The notes beneath the pieces were generated by a model. The model was not told where the DNA came from and made no database searches. It saw nothing but the letters and a program-made list of their open reading frames with translations. Of a stretch of DNA of 64,000 nt, positions 13,732-26,896 are shown in pieces (positions within the stretch are counted from its first letter, which is position 1; the number at the start of each line of letters is the position of its first letter). The stretch lies in NCBI RefSeq assembly GCF_009914755.1, contig NC_060938.1. One strand, written 5' to 3'. A program made the translations under genes and the position numbers. Origin of the DNA: the human T2T-CHM13v2.0 reference genome, Homo sapiens.

Positions 13732-15140
13732 CAAATGAGAAGCAAGATTCTGACTTCAAAAGCCAAAGTTCTATCTATGTTGAATAGAACATTCTCTTAA
13801 GTTCCAATGGATAAGTGTTTCTGTTCCCACTCAATTCAGCAACTTAGCCTAGAACTTAAATCCAGAAAATACCTTACTAGAAAAACTGAAATAAAATAAC
13901 TTGAACTGGGGATATGTTTATGACAAGTGAATTGTTTCCAACTTTTTTTTTCAAGCCAATTAAATGACTACCTCTAAAAAATCCCTTGTAATATTTCCAA
14001 ATATTTATTTTATTTTAGTTTAGTTTATTAAACTGATGGTTTCAACTAATGAAAAAACAAAATTGAGCTCTCAGAATCAACAAAGTTGCAAAAAGAAAAA
14101 CTAAATGGCCATTTATATTTGTCTGTATTATGTAAGATGATTATCTAACTAAGCCATGTTATTTTCTCTAAAGCAGAAGATTTATTCTATTTTTTATTAT
14201 TTACTGTCTAGGACATTCTGTCTATTCGTGTCTGCTGTCATCGACATTTACCTGATTACCATTTCAGACCCTGTAAAAACAATATTTTTGCCATGTTTAT
14301 ACTTTGCTATCCCTATGGTTTTTTATATTGTAAAAATAATATTATAAGAGTAGAAAAGTTTATTTTGAAAGAAAAGAAAATCCTAGTGTCATAGAACAAA
14401 TCTGTATTTACTTATATTACCTTTAAATCACTTTTGTGAACAAATATGTAATGTTTGTCACAGTGTACATAGCATATATTCAGTGTTTACAATTTTTACT
14501 TTATACTATTGTTTTAATAATTTCATGAGAACATAATTGTGAATGGATTTAGCATATGCTTATCAAATAGGTACTTAAATTCATCTTTGAATCTGCAACT
14601 TCAAAAATCTTTCCTTTCCATGTTGTAAAGTACATAATATCTAATTAAGTTGATGCCTCAAAATTCATGCAGACACTTTCCTTGTAGTTTCTTTTCCTTC
14701 TGCTCTTTTAATCATTTTATTACAGATAATGATACAATAAATGTTAGCATTTTTTTGCTTTGCATGATTTTTTGGGGAACTGAGGTTTCTATATTGGATG
14801 ATCTAAAGATTGGCCTATCAAAGATTACTCCAATTTTTACTGCCATCATCATGGTTAGAGCACATCCATACATCATTAAATCATCAGAATTGTTTCTTAT
14901 TGAACTAAAATCTGGTGTAAAAAATAGCTGTAAAATATTATTTATTTTTATAAGTGTATATTTCTTTTATTTCTTACATTACTATGGAGGCCAAACCTTT
15001 TCCAAAATTTATGTGCTACTTATTTTTTATTGAATTTTTCAATGTCTGTTATCCATTTACACCTTTTTTTATTTTTTAAATTTAATTTATACAGTACCTG
15101 TATATAGTATACAGGTTTTCGAAAGGGGTAGAGAAATAAT

Positions 15141-16157
15141 AAAAACTCAAATCAGTAAGAAAAGAAACAAACAACCCCATCAAAAAGTGGGCTAAGGACA
15201 TAAATAGACAATTCTCAAAAGAAGATTTAGAAATGGCCAAGAAACATTAAAAAAAAATCCTCAACATCACTAATGATCTGGGAAATGCAAATCAAAACCA
15301 CAACGCGATACCACCTTACTCCTTACTCCTTACACCTTACTCCTGCAAGAATGGCCATAATCAAAGAATCAAAAATAGTAGATGTTGGCATGGATGCAGC
15401 AATCAGGGAACACTTCTACACTGCTGGTGGGGATGTAAACTAGTATAGCCGCTATGGAAAACAGTGTGGAGATTCCTTGAAGAACTAGAAGTAGAACTAC
15501 CACTTGATCCAGCAGTCTCACTACTGGGTATCTACCCAGAGGAAAAGAAGTCATTATTCGAAAAAGATACTTGCACACGCATATTTATAGCAGCACAATT
15601 CACAATTGCAAAATCATGGAACCAACCCAAATGCCATCAATCAACGAGTGGATAAAGAAACTGTGATATATATATATATCTATATGATATATATGATATC
15701 ATATATATGACATATATATCATATATGATATATGATATACGATATGATATATATCATATATGATATATATATATATTAGAATACTACTCAGCCATACAAA
15801 GGAATAAATTAACAACATTTGCAATGGCCTGAATGAGATTGGAGACTGTTATTCTAAGTTAAGTAACTCAGGAATGGAAAACCAAACATTGTATGTTCTC
15901 ACCGATACATGGGAGCTAAACTATGAGGACGCAAAAGCATAAGAATGATACAATGGACTTTGGGGACTTAGCAGGAAGAGTGGAAGGGGTGAGAGGGTTA
16001 AAAGACAACAAATATGGTGCAGCGTATATTGCTCAGGTGATGGGTGCACCAGGATCTCACAATTCACCAATGAAGAACTTACTCGTGTAACCAAATATCA
16101 CCTGTACCCCAATAACTTAGGGAAAAATAAAATTAAAAAAATTAAAATTAAAAAAAG
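15141..16157 (+). mobile_element. L1PB-type LINE-1 3' end (end of ORF2, 3'UTR, A-rich tail), 5'-truncated
   Basis: ORF2 C-terminal remnant ([20 protein letters not shown]...IAAQFTIAKSWNQPKC), L1PB-type 3'UTR and an A-rich tail. Confidence 0.9.
15665..15777. repeat. (TA)n/(ATATG)n quasi-palindromic microsatellite inside the L1
   Basis: Directly visible. Confidence 0.9.
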
Positions 16158-16503
16158 AAGATTGAGAGCAAAGAAAGCAAAAAATCTAAATGTTTTGCAG
16201 TTGGACACTCATTTTGGCCTAAAAATATTAACAATCACCTTAGCTTCAAAAAGGAAAAACAAATAAATGAAGGATTTTATAATTCTTTTGGTGGGAAGGT
16301 ACAGTAGTGACATCTTTAGTAAAACAGCAAGTTTTAGATATTAACTTCTTCCTAGTCTTTCTTACTCTTTCTTCCCTGTCTCTATATTACTGTCAATTAA
16401 AATACCCAAAGATAATAGAAAATATACAAAATCTATTTTTGTATATTTTGTACATACAAAATCTATTTCAGATGATTATCAGTAAATGGCTGACCCCTGT
16501 TAC

Positions 16504-17285
16504 TGAGAGAAAGGACTAGCTGGATTTCCTAGGCCAACTAAGAATCCCTAAGCCTAGCAGGGAAGGTGACCACATCCACCTTTAAACACGGGACTCGCAA
16601 CTTAACTCACACCCGACCAATCAGGTAGGAAAGAGAGCTCACTAAAATGCTAATTAGGGAAAAACAGGAGGTAAAGAAATAGCCAATCATCTATTGCCTG
16701 AGAGCACAGCAGGAGGGACAATGATCAGGATATAAACCCAGGCATCCGAATAGGCAAGGGCTACCCTCTTTGGGTCCCCTCCCTTTGTATGGGAGCTCTG
16801 TCTTCACTCTATTAAATCTTGCAACTGTGCTCTCTTTTGGTCCGTGTTTGTTATGGTTCCAGCTGAGCTTTTGCTCGCCATCCACCACTGCTGTTTGCGC
16901 AGTGGCAGACCCACCGCTGACTTCCATCCCTCTGGATCCGGCAGGGTGTCTGCTGTGCTCCTGATCCAGTGAGGCGCCCAGTGCCACTCCCGATCAGGCT
17001 AAAGGCTTGCCATTGTTCCTGCATGGCTAAGTGCCCGGATTCATCCTTACGGAGCTGAACACTAGTCACTGGGTTCCACGGTTCTCTTCTGTGACCCACG
17101 GCTTCTAATAGAGCTATAACACTCACCGTGTGGCCCAAGATTCCATTCCTTGGAATCTGTGAGGCCAAGAGGCCCAGGTCAGAGAACAGGAGGCTTGCCA
17201 CCATCTTGGAAGCGGCCCACCACCATTTTTGGAAGTGGCCCGCCACCATCTTGGGAGCTCTGGGAGCAAGGACCACCCGGTAACA
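16504..17285 (+). mobile_element. LTR17 solo LTR (HERV-W)
   Basis: tgagagaaaggactagctggatttcctaggcc...ggtaaca; 782 bp; 4-bp TSD TTAC (16500-03, 17286-89); CCAAT at 16617 and 16683, TATAAA at 16731, ATTAAA at 16811. Confidence 0.95.
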
Positions 17286-17345
17286 TTACCTCTGCCTAGA
17301 TGTTGGGGTGGAAGGAGAGAGAGAGATTAAAGCCTAAATATCTAA

Positions 17346-17906
17346 TGATGGGATTCAGGGAACACAACCCCAAAATATGCCACCTCAGTATATTGAAAAT
17401 CAGCAGAAGCCAGACAGTCTCCATAATCTTCCCCTGCCCTTCTTCCCTGAAGTAGGTCATAAAACCTAGGAAGGATTTTCTAATCTTCCCCTGGAGACAG
17501 GTCATGAGACCCTCATATAAGACCCTCATATGAGACGGTCACATATACCGCACACGATACCTAGAGGAAGGGAATATCTTTATCTCTGAAGACAAAAGGT
17601 CACAGCGAAGATTCTGGACTAACAGGCCTTGCTAAGTTTCCCTCAGTAATGACCATCAACTTAAACCCGCTTTGTTCTTTCACATTTCTCCATGACTGTC
17701 CTGTCCACTCTTCATCAAACCTGACATGGAAATACAGAGGTTTAGCCGTTTCCTCAGGTCTTCATTTCTTTATGAAGGTGTTCATGTCACATCAAATTTA
17801 TTAAATAAATTTGTATGTTTTTCTTTATTAATTGATTTTTTGCTATAGTGAGCTTAGCCATAAACCCAGGGTAGTTAGAGAAAGAGATTTTTTTCCTCTC
17901 GTATAC
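17346..17906 (+). mobile_element. MER39-family (ERV1) solo LTR
   Basis: accccaaaatatgccac; tatctctgaagac...aacaggccttgctaagtttccc; attaaataaatttgtatg. Confidence 0.8.
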
Positions 17907-18159
17907 TTACAAGTGAGCTTAAGGACATAATAGTAGCTTAACTGTTTTGAACAGAGAGAATATGATGAGTTATGCCACCAAAAGGATTGTAGGTATTTCA
18001 AGAAATACTATATTACCATCCCAAGCATTACCTAATAAATAATTAGCATATGTATGATTCATACTCACAATCAATCCATTTGTGTATTAATAGTTCATTC
18101 TGTACTCCTGCATATGAAAACGGGGAAGTAGAATGTGGATTCTTCCTGTTTTGTTGAGT

Positions 18160-18720
18160 ATAGGAGAGGAAAAAAAAAAATTACTTATCTTAGACTCTCT
18201 AGATGGGTCTCAATAAATTAGACGGGCCAAAGACAGGTTAATGAGAGAAAAAACATGTTTACTAACATGTGCATTGCACATATACACACGGGGGCACCCA
18301 GTGAAGCGAAAACCAGTGGGGTGGTTAGAACCTGGGTTTACATATCATCTTAGGCTAAAACAAAGGAAAAGGAGTTTGGGATTTCTGGAAGGGAGAGGCA
18401 AGTTATGAGAAGGTGACCAGGAAAAGTGGAAATCTGCATATGGTTTGTTTTGCAGATTTAAGTCTGTGCCTTATCTATTGATGAGTTGTTAAAAATTCTT
18501 CTCTTCCTGGCATGAGAGAGAAGTATCTCTACAAATAAAAATGTCCTTTACAAAAGGAAAACTTGTATCTCTACAAACGAAAATTTCTTTTACAAAAGGA
18601 AAACTTGTGCCCTAATTTTAAGGCTTTTCCTTCATCTGCTGGTTCTCTCTGGTTTTTAACTCAAAATAATCCGTATGCTAAAGAGGCATATTTGGGGGTA
18701 GCAAATTCCGATACGCTTCA
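18160..18720 (-). mobile_element. MER34-family (ERV1) solo LTR
   Basis: The right end ctcaaaataatccgtatgctaaagaggcatatttgggggtagc is the reverse complement of the MER34/MER39 5' end. Contains a 42-bp tandem duplication at 18523-18606. Confidence 0.7.
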
Positions 18721-20059
18721 TGACTTTTAACCAGATATGGCAAGTGAAGTACAACAGCTGCACTTTCCAATATCTGTTTGGTCCATTAAATAAAAACAGC
18801 AGCATTCAGTGAAATACATTTATTTAAGATGGAGGGGGAATTGTTTGCAAAATAGGGTGTAAAACTTTATTTAAAAGCCATTTCTACTCATAGTATTTTC
18901 TCTGTGTACTATAACAGAGTTATAGTGCAGTAATGGTTTGCTTATGGGCAACAATTAAGCACCTGCAGTCACTCCACAGGATGTAGATTTCACATGAATA
19001 GCTATTTTATATATATAAACAAATAAAAACGTGTACATGTAATTGCAAAGGTAATTGCTTGAACTTAAAGTTTGAAAAAGACAGTTTCATCTCTTTTTGA
19101 AAAGCTGTTTGTTTCCATACATGTAATCCAATTAAACATGTTTTTGATTCCTAGAAAAATAAATAATAATATATTTATTATTCTTTCAGTTCTCTACAAC
19201 AATTCCACCATCATGAAGCTATTTATGAGTAATAATCATACAAGTGACAGTACTAAGGTAAATACATGAGCAAGTCACAGGTGGGAGTTTACTTTTTGTC
19301 ATTTATCCATTGTCATAGTTTTGATGATCTATACTGGGAGAGCAAGACTACTGCCTCAGCCACTGTCTCATGTCCTCTGGATCTTGAATTATTCCTTGTT
19401 TTTACATGTCTTCTATGTCATGAGAAGCTATTTGCAATTTATTCCAATTTAGAAACAACTGATATTCTGATATCGAATTTCAGTATTGCCATATACCAGT
19501 TAAATGACCCTAAATAAGCCTGAATTTCTTTATGTGAAAATGGGGCTTGAAATAATAATCATTGCTCAGGTGGGTATGCAGAACCTCCCCCTGGAAGCAA
19601 TGAATCTCACAAGGAGGAGCTTCCCTCTAAAATTCGTACCTACTGCTTCAAGATTCATAGCATTAGCAATGAACTGCCTTCACACTGTAGCCTCCTGGGG
19701 GTGCTCCTTCTTCATCTGTACCCTGTACCCAAAGTGACTGGACCTCAACTTTCTGTAGCAAAGCTAGGCAACCAGGCTGAAAGTTACAAGTGGTTTCATC
19801 AGAACCTGTGGATAACAAAAGGAAATTAGTTCATAGGGTGTATGGTGCAATCTTGTAAGTTTTTTGAAGAGCCGAATGGTGCAAGGAGAGAAGATTACGT
19901 AAATTAAAACAGTGAAAGATAAAGGACAATGATGATTTCCTTAATTTAAAAAACATGAAATAGACTTGAAGGCATGTTAAGGTGTCCAAGTTGTGTTATT
20001 TGGACAGTTCTGATTTTATGCAAACAGTGCATTAAAATGAGACTGAACTTTTAGATGAG

Positions 20060-20280
20060 AGAATTGTAAAGCAGTTAAAAGGGCCTAGATTTTGACAACA
20101 ATCGTATCTGAACTTGAATATTTGATTCACTATTAACTTTGACACTTTGGTGAAATTATGTAGCCTCTCAACTGTCTTCATCAGTTTAAAAAAAATGAAA
20201 GATAATGATAGTACCTACTTCAGAGTCTTTGGAACAGCAACCAAATACCTAGTACATTATCTGGGATGTAATTAACATCT
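20060..20280 (+). mobile_element. MIR fragment
   Basis: gacactttggtgaaattatgtagcctctc...gataatgatagtacctacttcagag. Confidence 0.55.
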
Positions 20281-21546
20281 AATATTGAGGGCAGGATATG
20301 AAGTTGAGAGCATACCAGAGGGATGAAATTGATGGTCTCTGGAAAGACAGGCAGTGGTTTCTAAAGATACATTTATAGTAACTCAAGGAAGAAATCAAAT
20401 CAGACCATATTCTTCCTAAAGGTTTGGAATGCTCTTAAGTCTACTCAACTTTCCCCAAAGATATTTAAGAAAGTCTACTGAAGGAAACTTTTCTGAATTC
20501 TTCGATCTTGGTTAAAAAATTCTCCTAATTTACTGCATTAAAATAAGGGCAAGGTTTATTTAAAAATAGAATAAAACTTTTGTATCATAAAACATAATGC
20601 AATCTTAGAATAAGGTTCCTGTTGAATACTGATGTACTTTGTTTTAATAAATCAATTTCACATGATGTATACGCTATGTATATAACATTTTGTAGACAAA
20701 ATGTAACATTTCTGACAATATCTATTCTCAATCTAAGGTCTTCATTCTTATTTCTTATAAAATATAAAATTATTTCTTAAAAAAAATCCCAGGTATAAGT
20801 TCATGTGATTCTGATCTATTGTGAGTTTCAGGGTACACAACCCAAACTGGGATCTTACTTCTTTCAAAATCCCAAGTTTTTAGCTTGGAAAATTCAAACT
20901 CCATGCTGAAAAATTTGAATGAAACACAGCTCTATTGCTTATTTTTCTTTGATTATATGCATTAAATAATATTAGATAGAATAATTGTTATATTCAAAAG
21001 ACATATTAATATAAACCAATGACTTTAACAAACTATTTCAAGGAGAAATTTGTCTCCTCCACATGTATTTTTCTACACTGTTCTTCACTTGAGGATTATA
21101 GAGAGCACATTTTCAGCAAGAATCTCAGCACATCTTCTTCCTACAAATAACAATTACGATTTATGCCAGCTTATCCCTGTTGTCTTTGTTGCTTCCCAAA
21201 GGAATTCAACAAAAGCAGAAAAGATTAATGAGGGAAGTTGAAACTCGTATTATATCACATAGACTCAGAAACTTGCCAAGTTTAAAGTCAAATTAGGAAC
21301 TGACATTAAACTTTGAAAAGTTGGTTGTAAAGAATAGGATAGCAACTAAAATTTACAGCAGAATAAAATGTTAGAGTCCCTAATAAATGTCCAAGGAGAA
21401 CATATACTCTAAGAGAATAGACTCATTCCAAGGTTATCTTAGATTTCACAGAAACATTTCTATTAAGTTTCTATGAAAGAGAAAGATATTTTAATAATTC
21501 ACATAAAAATTATATTTCTCCTGCATCACTGTAAAATTGCTTATAA

Positions 21547-21898
<352 letters not shown>

Positions 21899-22491
21899 TG
21901 GGAATTATTATAGTAAAAATAGAATTGTAAAATACATAAAAACAACAAATAACATACTTTATCTAAAACAGAAGAACCATACATAAGAAGAGGTGTATAT
22001 TTTCTCACTAGTTCACATACTGTCATCTCCTATGATCTAATCACCCAATTCCAGAATACTAGAGCCAGGCCTACCTTGCCTACTTAACGATAACCATGAA
22101 ACAGTTAAATGGTAAAAACACAAGTTAGATATAGCAAGAGAACATGTGTCATAGCATTGTGCAGAGAGTTGCTATTTCAACAATAGTAGTAATTTCAATA
22201 AAGTAAAATAAGAAAGCTATATTCAAATTGTCAGAATTCAGAAAGTTGCTCCATGTGCCCCTGTCACCCTGAATTCTAGACCAATTTAACCCCTCCTATA
22301 ATCAAAGTGATGGTGGATCATAGACACAATAACACAAATTTAAAAATGTGTCCAATTCCCATAATAAAGTAGCTGCCGCTGGTGTTTTGTGGAGCCTACA
22401 GCAAGGAAGCTTCCCATAGCTTTGCATTATGTAGATCTAACTAAGTAGCAATTGTAGTAACAAGAATTGTAGAAATTGATTTGATGAGAAC

Positions 22492-22909
22492 TGTGTTAGT
22501 TCATTTGCATCACTGTAAAGAGATACCTGAGACTGGATAATTTATAAAGAGAAGAGGTTTATTTTGGCTCGTGGTTCTGAAGGCTGTACAAGCATGGCCC
22601 CAGCATCTACTTGGCTTCTAATGAGGTCTCAGGAAGCTTAAAATCATGGCAGAAGGTGAGGCAGGAGTCCATGTATCATACAGCGATAGAGAGAGCAAGA
22701 GGAAGAGGAAGAAGAACTAGACTCCTTTAAACACTAGCCACTGTATGAACTCAGAGCAAGAATTCACTTACTACCATGAGGAGGGCACCAAGCCATTCAT
22801 GGGGGATCCACTCTAACAACTCAGATACCCCCCAGCAGTCCCCATCTCCAACATGGGGGATTACATTTCAACATGAAATTTGGAGGGGACACATATCCAA
22901 ACCATATCA
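22492..22909 (-). mobile_element. MSTB-like (MaLR) solo LTR
   Basis: tgtgttagttcatttgc...atccaaaccatatca, flanked by the direct repeat GAGAAC (22486-91, 22910-15). Confidence 0.88.
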
Positions 22910-23149
22910 GAGAACTAAGGAATATTTGATGTTAGAACTGTAAGCAAAAAAATGATAGAGAAATTAAGAATCTACAGCAAAGGATAATAAATCCCTGACT
23001 CAAAGATCTGGCCTTTCAGCACAGACAGGCAGAGACAGACTTTAGCACCTCAGTGAAGCAATGAGCATTGAAGAGAAGAAAGAGCAGCAAGCTGGAGACA
23101 TTTCAGCTGTACCTTGCTAGTGATAAAGAGATGGACGTTAAAAACTATA

Positions 23150-23410
23150 TCACACTTATTAGTAAGCATGCATGTAGAAGATTGCTATGTGGCAGGCACT
23201 AATCCAAACCCACTAAAAATGTTAAGTATAATCATCTTCATAACAACCCGTGAGATAGGAACTACTATTATCCATGTTTTGCAGATGAGAAAACTGAAGC
23301 ACAGAGTGGTCAAACATCTTGTCCAAGGACATAAAGCCACTACACAATCTCGTTAGGATTGGAAGCCAGGCACTGTGTCTTCAGAATCTGTGCAGTGCTG
23401 TCAACCACAA
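23150..23410 (-). mobile_element. MIR(b) SINE
   Basis: Core motif tattatccatgttttgcagatgagaaaactgaagcacagag. Confidence 0.8.
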
Positions 23411-23551
23411 TTTTAAGTGCTTGAAGAATGCTAAATGGAACTCTGCCTCAGTTTTAGCAGAGACCTCAAAAATGAGAGAAAGCAAACAAACCAACATAAG
23501 GGCTCCCTCATCCCAAAGGGAGGCACTTTGATGAATTTGTAGAAATTCTAA

Positions 23552-24000
23552 ATCAGTTAGGGCTCATTAAGTTATGCTGCAGTAAAAAGTGACCCAGCCT
23601 TCCAGTAGTGCATCTGCAATGGATTCCTTCTTGTTCAAGTTGTCTGGTATTTCCAGTTAGGTGGGGTTTTCTCTTCATCATCTCTACTCTGAGATCTCAA
23701 CTGAAGGCAAGTCCTTTGTCTAGAACATTGCCAGTTGTCATGCCAAAGAGAAAGTGGGCCCTGGTAGGTTTTGCATCTGTATTGCATGCTCCTGCCTATA
23801 TGTGACTTTTGTCAGTTCTATTTACAACTCATTGGCTAGAACTAGGTACACCTAGTTACACCTAGTTACTCCACTAATCAGTAAGAGAGCTGGGAGGGCA
23901 ATTTTACCATGTGCGTGGAAAGATATGGAGGGAAGGAACTTTATGGGAGAGGTGGAGAACTAGATTTTTGTGCAAACGTCAGTAATTACTACCACTACCA
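23552..24000 (-). mobile_element. Old MLT1 (J/K/L-like) LTR
   Basis: agttatgctgcagtaa...aactcattggctagaactag. Confidence 0.55.
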
Positions 24001-25646
24001 AGGGAGTTTAAAAGTTCTTTTAAAATACTTGACTCGTTACCCACTCAAAGTGCCCAAGAATAATGGCCAGGGAATTTGCATTTGGTGAGAGAATATCTTT
24101 AGAAAAAGCTGTTGGAATATCTTTGGATTTTCCTTACCCCTCTCTTATGGAAAAAGAAAAGAGATGCTGACTGTCCTCACTTCAAATATATGGGACTAAT
24201 TGCAAAGCTTGGTCTATGTCCTCTGGAATTTCGGGACCCAATGAACTGAAGCCTGCGTCACAGTGGAGTAATCACACAAGTGAGCAGCTAACTGAAGCAG
24301 CTTGCTTCACCAGAGTAGATGACACTTGCTTCACTTATGTGATAGACAGATGTTTCTTGTGGAATAGAGAGAGAGCAAGGGAGATGCAGAAGCAGATGAG
24401 TCATTCTAGAGCCATCTTTAAGTGGTTTGCACAAGAGACCCTCCTGGAGATGCAATGAAACTTCTTGAGAGCAAGAGTGCGTGGAAATGGTCTGAGAACC
24501 AACATCACCAAGAGGGACCCTAAGAAGCCAGACAGATTGTATGTCTCCTCCACAGGGTAAAAGTTCTCAGCAACGGGGTTCTTCTGAAACAAGAAAGCAC
24601 CACACCAAAAAGGGTCAGCTTTAAACTCTGACCAGCCTGGGCAGCACCAGGTTTATAGAAATGTCAAAAATAACCTATTTTCCTCTCCTTTGCAATTGTT
24701 CTGCACACCCCCTCGCTCCTGCCATGGAGAGGTCAGAACACAGTTACTTAGGGTGAGATGTGTGTGCATGTGGATGGGGAACTAACAGTGTGAAAAGCAA
24801 AGAAGGCAAGCTGGCCATGTCCACCTTTTCTGCTGCAGGGCTTCCCATCTGCACCAACCTGAGCTCCAGGAGGGATAGACCAGGAGAGGGGCAAAATCAT
24901 AGGAACAAGTATTAATTCCGAATGAAATTCAGAATGTTTTGTATAACTCTGAGCTATACATATTGACTCCAGAGGTGAGGCTGTTCGTGACTTAATATAA
25001 GTGGAAAATATTCATACTCTAAGAATGAACAAATAAACTATGGGCTTGCCTGTGAGCTCACTCTCTGCCAGAGAAAGCACTAGCACCACAGAAAAAGTTA
25101 GCATGGCTTCTTGATGCTTTCTAGAAGTTTCTTCTCTCAATATACAGTGCTAGTGAATGCCCCTGCTCTAATATAAATTTAATTCTGTTCAAGTAATTTT
25201 TTGTTATCTTTATATTAAATAGTAGAGCTAAATGTCCTGGCTGTATGGCCCCCAACTCTTAACAGATCTCACAATCTTAGTGCTCAGAGTGGATAAAATG
25301 ATAAACAAATCCACTGCAGAATATAGGCTTGAATAACTATATATTTCTCAGGATGGGACTTACACTTGCAATAGGCCACACACACACACACACACACTCT
25401 CTCTCTCAAATGATTATTTCATTTGTCTTATTTTTTTCAATTTTTAAATATGAAGCAATAGCAAACTTACAGGATATATGCGAGTACAGCACAGTCATTT
25501 TGCCCCCTCAGATCACATGTGAGTAAGATGCTGACATCATGTCCAAACACTCCCAAACACTTTGATGTGTACATATTTCCAAACCAAGACATCTGTCTAT
25601 ATAATCACACCATTTCTATCAAAACCAACAGACCAATGTCAGTATA

Positions 25647-25890
25647 TGCAATGGTTAATTTTATGTGTCATCGAGGCTAAGCTATGATGTCCAGTTGTTT
25701 TGTTCAACAGTAATCCAGATGTTGTTATGAAGATATTTTAAAGATATGACTAATATTTACTATTAGTTGATTTTACATATAGGAGATTAGCCTGGATAAT
25801 GTGAGTGGGTCTCGTCTAATTAGTTGAAAGGCCTTAACAGCAAAACTAAGATTTACTGGGAGAACAGGGAATTCGGCCTTAGAACTATGA
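25647..25890 (+). mobile_element. MLT2 (C/D-like) LTR, 5' half only
   Basis: tgcaatggttaattttatgtgtca...ggataatgtgagtgggtctcgtctaattagttgaaaggcc. Confidence 0.8.
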
Positions 25891-25895
25891 AATAG

Positions 25896-26692
<797 letters not shown>

Positions 26693-26896
26693 TGTTCTCT
26701 CTGCTCTCTGTCATGTGAGGTCACAGTAAGAAGAGCATCATATGGAAACAAGGAAGCAGCCCCTCACCAGACACTGGATCTGCTGGTGCCTTGATCTTGG
26801 ACTTCCCAGCCACCAGAACTGTGAGAAATAATTTCTTCCTGTTTAAGTCAGCCAATCTGGGGTAGTTTGTTGTAACTACTCAAGCAGAGTATGACA
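26693..26896 (+). mobile_element. MLT1A-like (MaLR) LTR, 3' half only
   Basis: ccctcaccagacactggatctgctggtgccttgatcttggacttcccagccaccagaactgtgagaaataa...gaca. Confidence 0.8.

Noticed and set aside
14517-14912. TGA-only frame as a NUMT (mitochondrial code)
   Set aside because: It contains in-frame AGA/AGG codons, which are stops in the vertebrate mitochondrial code, and resembles no mtDNA protein.
14650-15033. 127-aa plus-strand ORF
   Set aside because: The F/I/L/S-rich composition is expected from T-rich DNA and there is no recognisable domain; the opposite-strand frame looks more protein-like and is listed as a finding.
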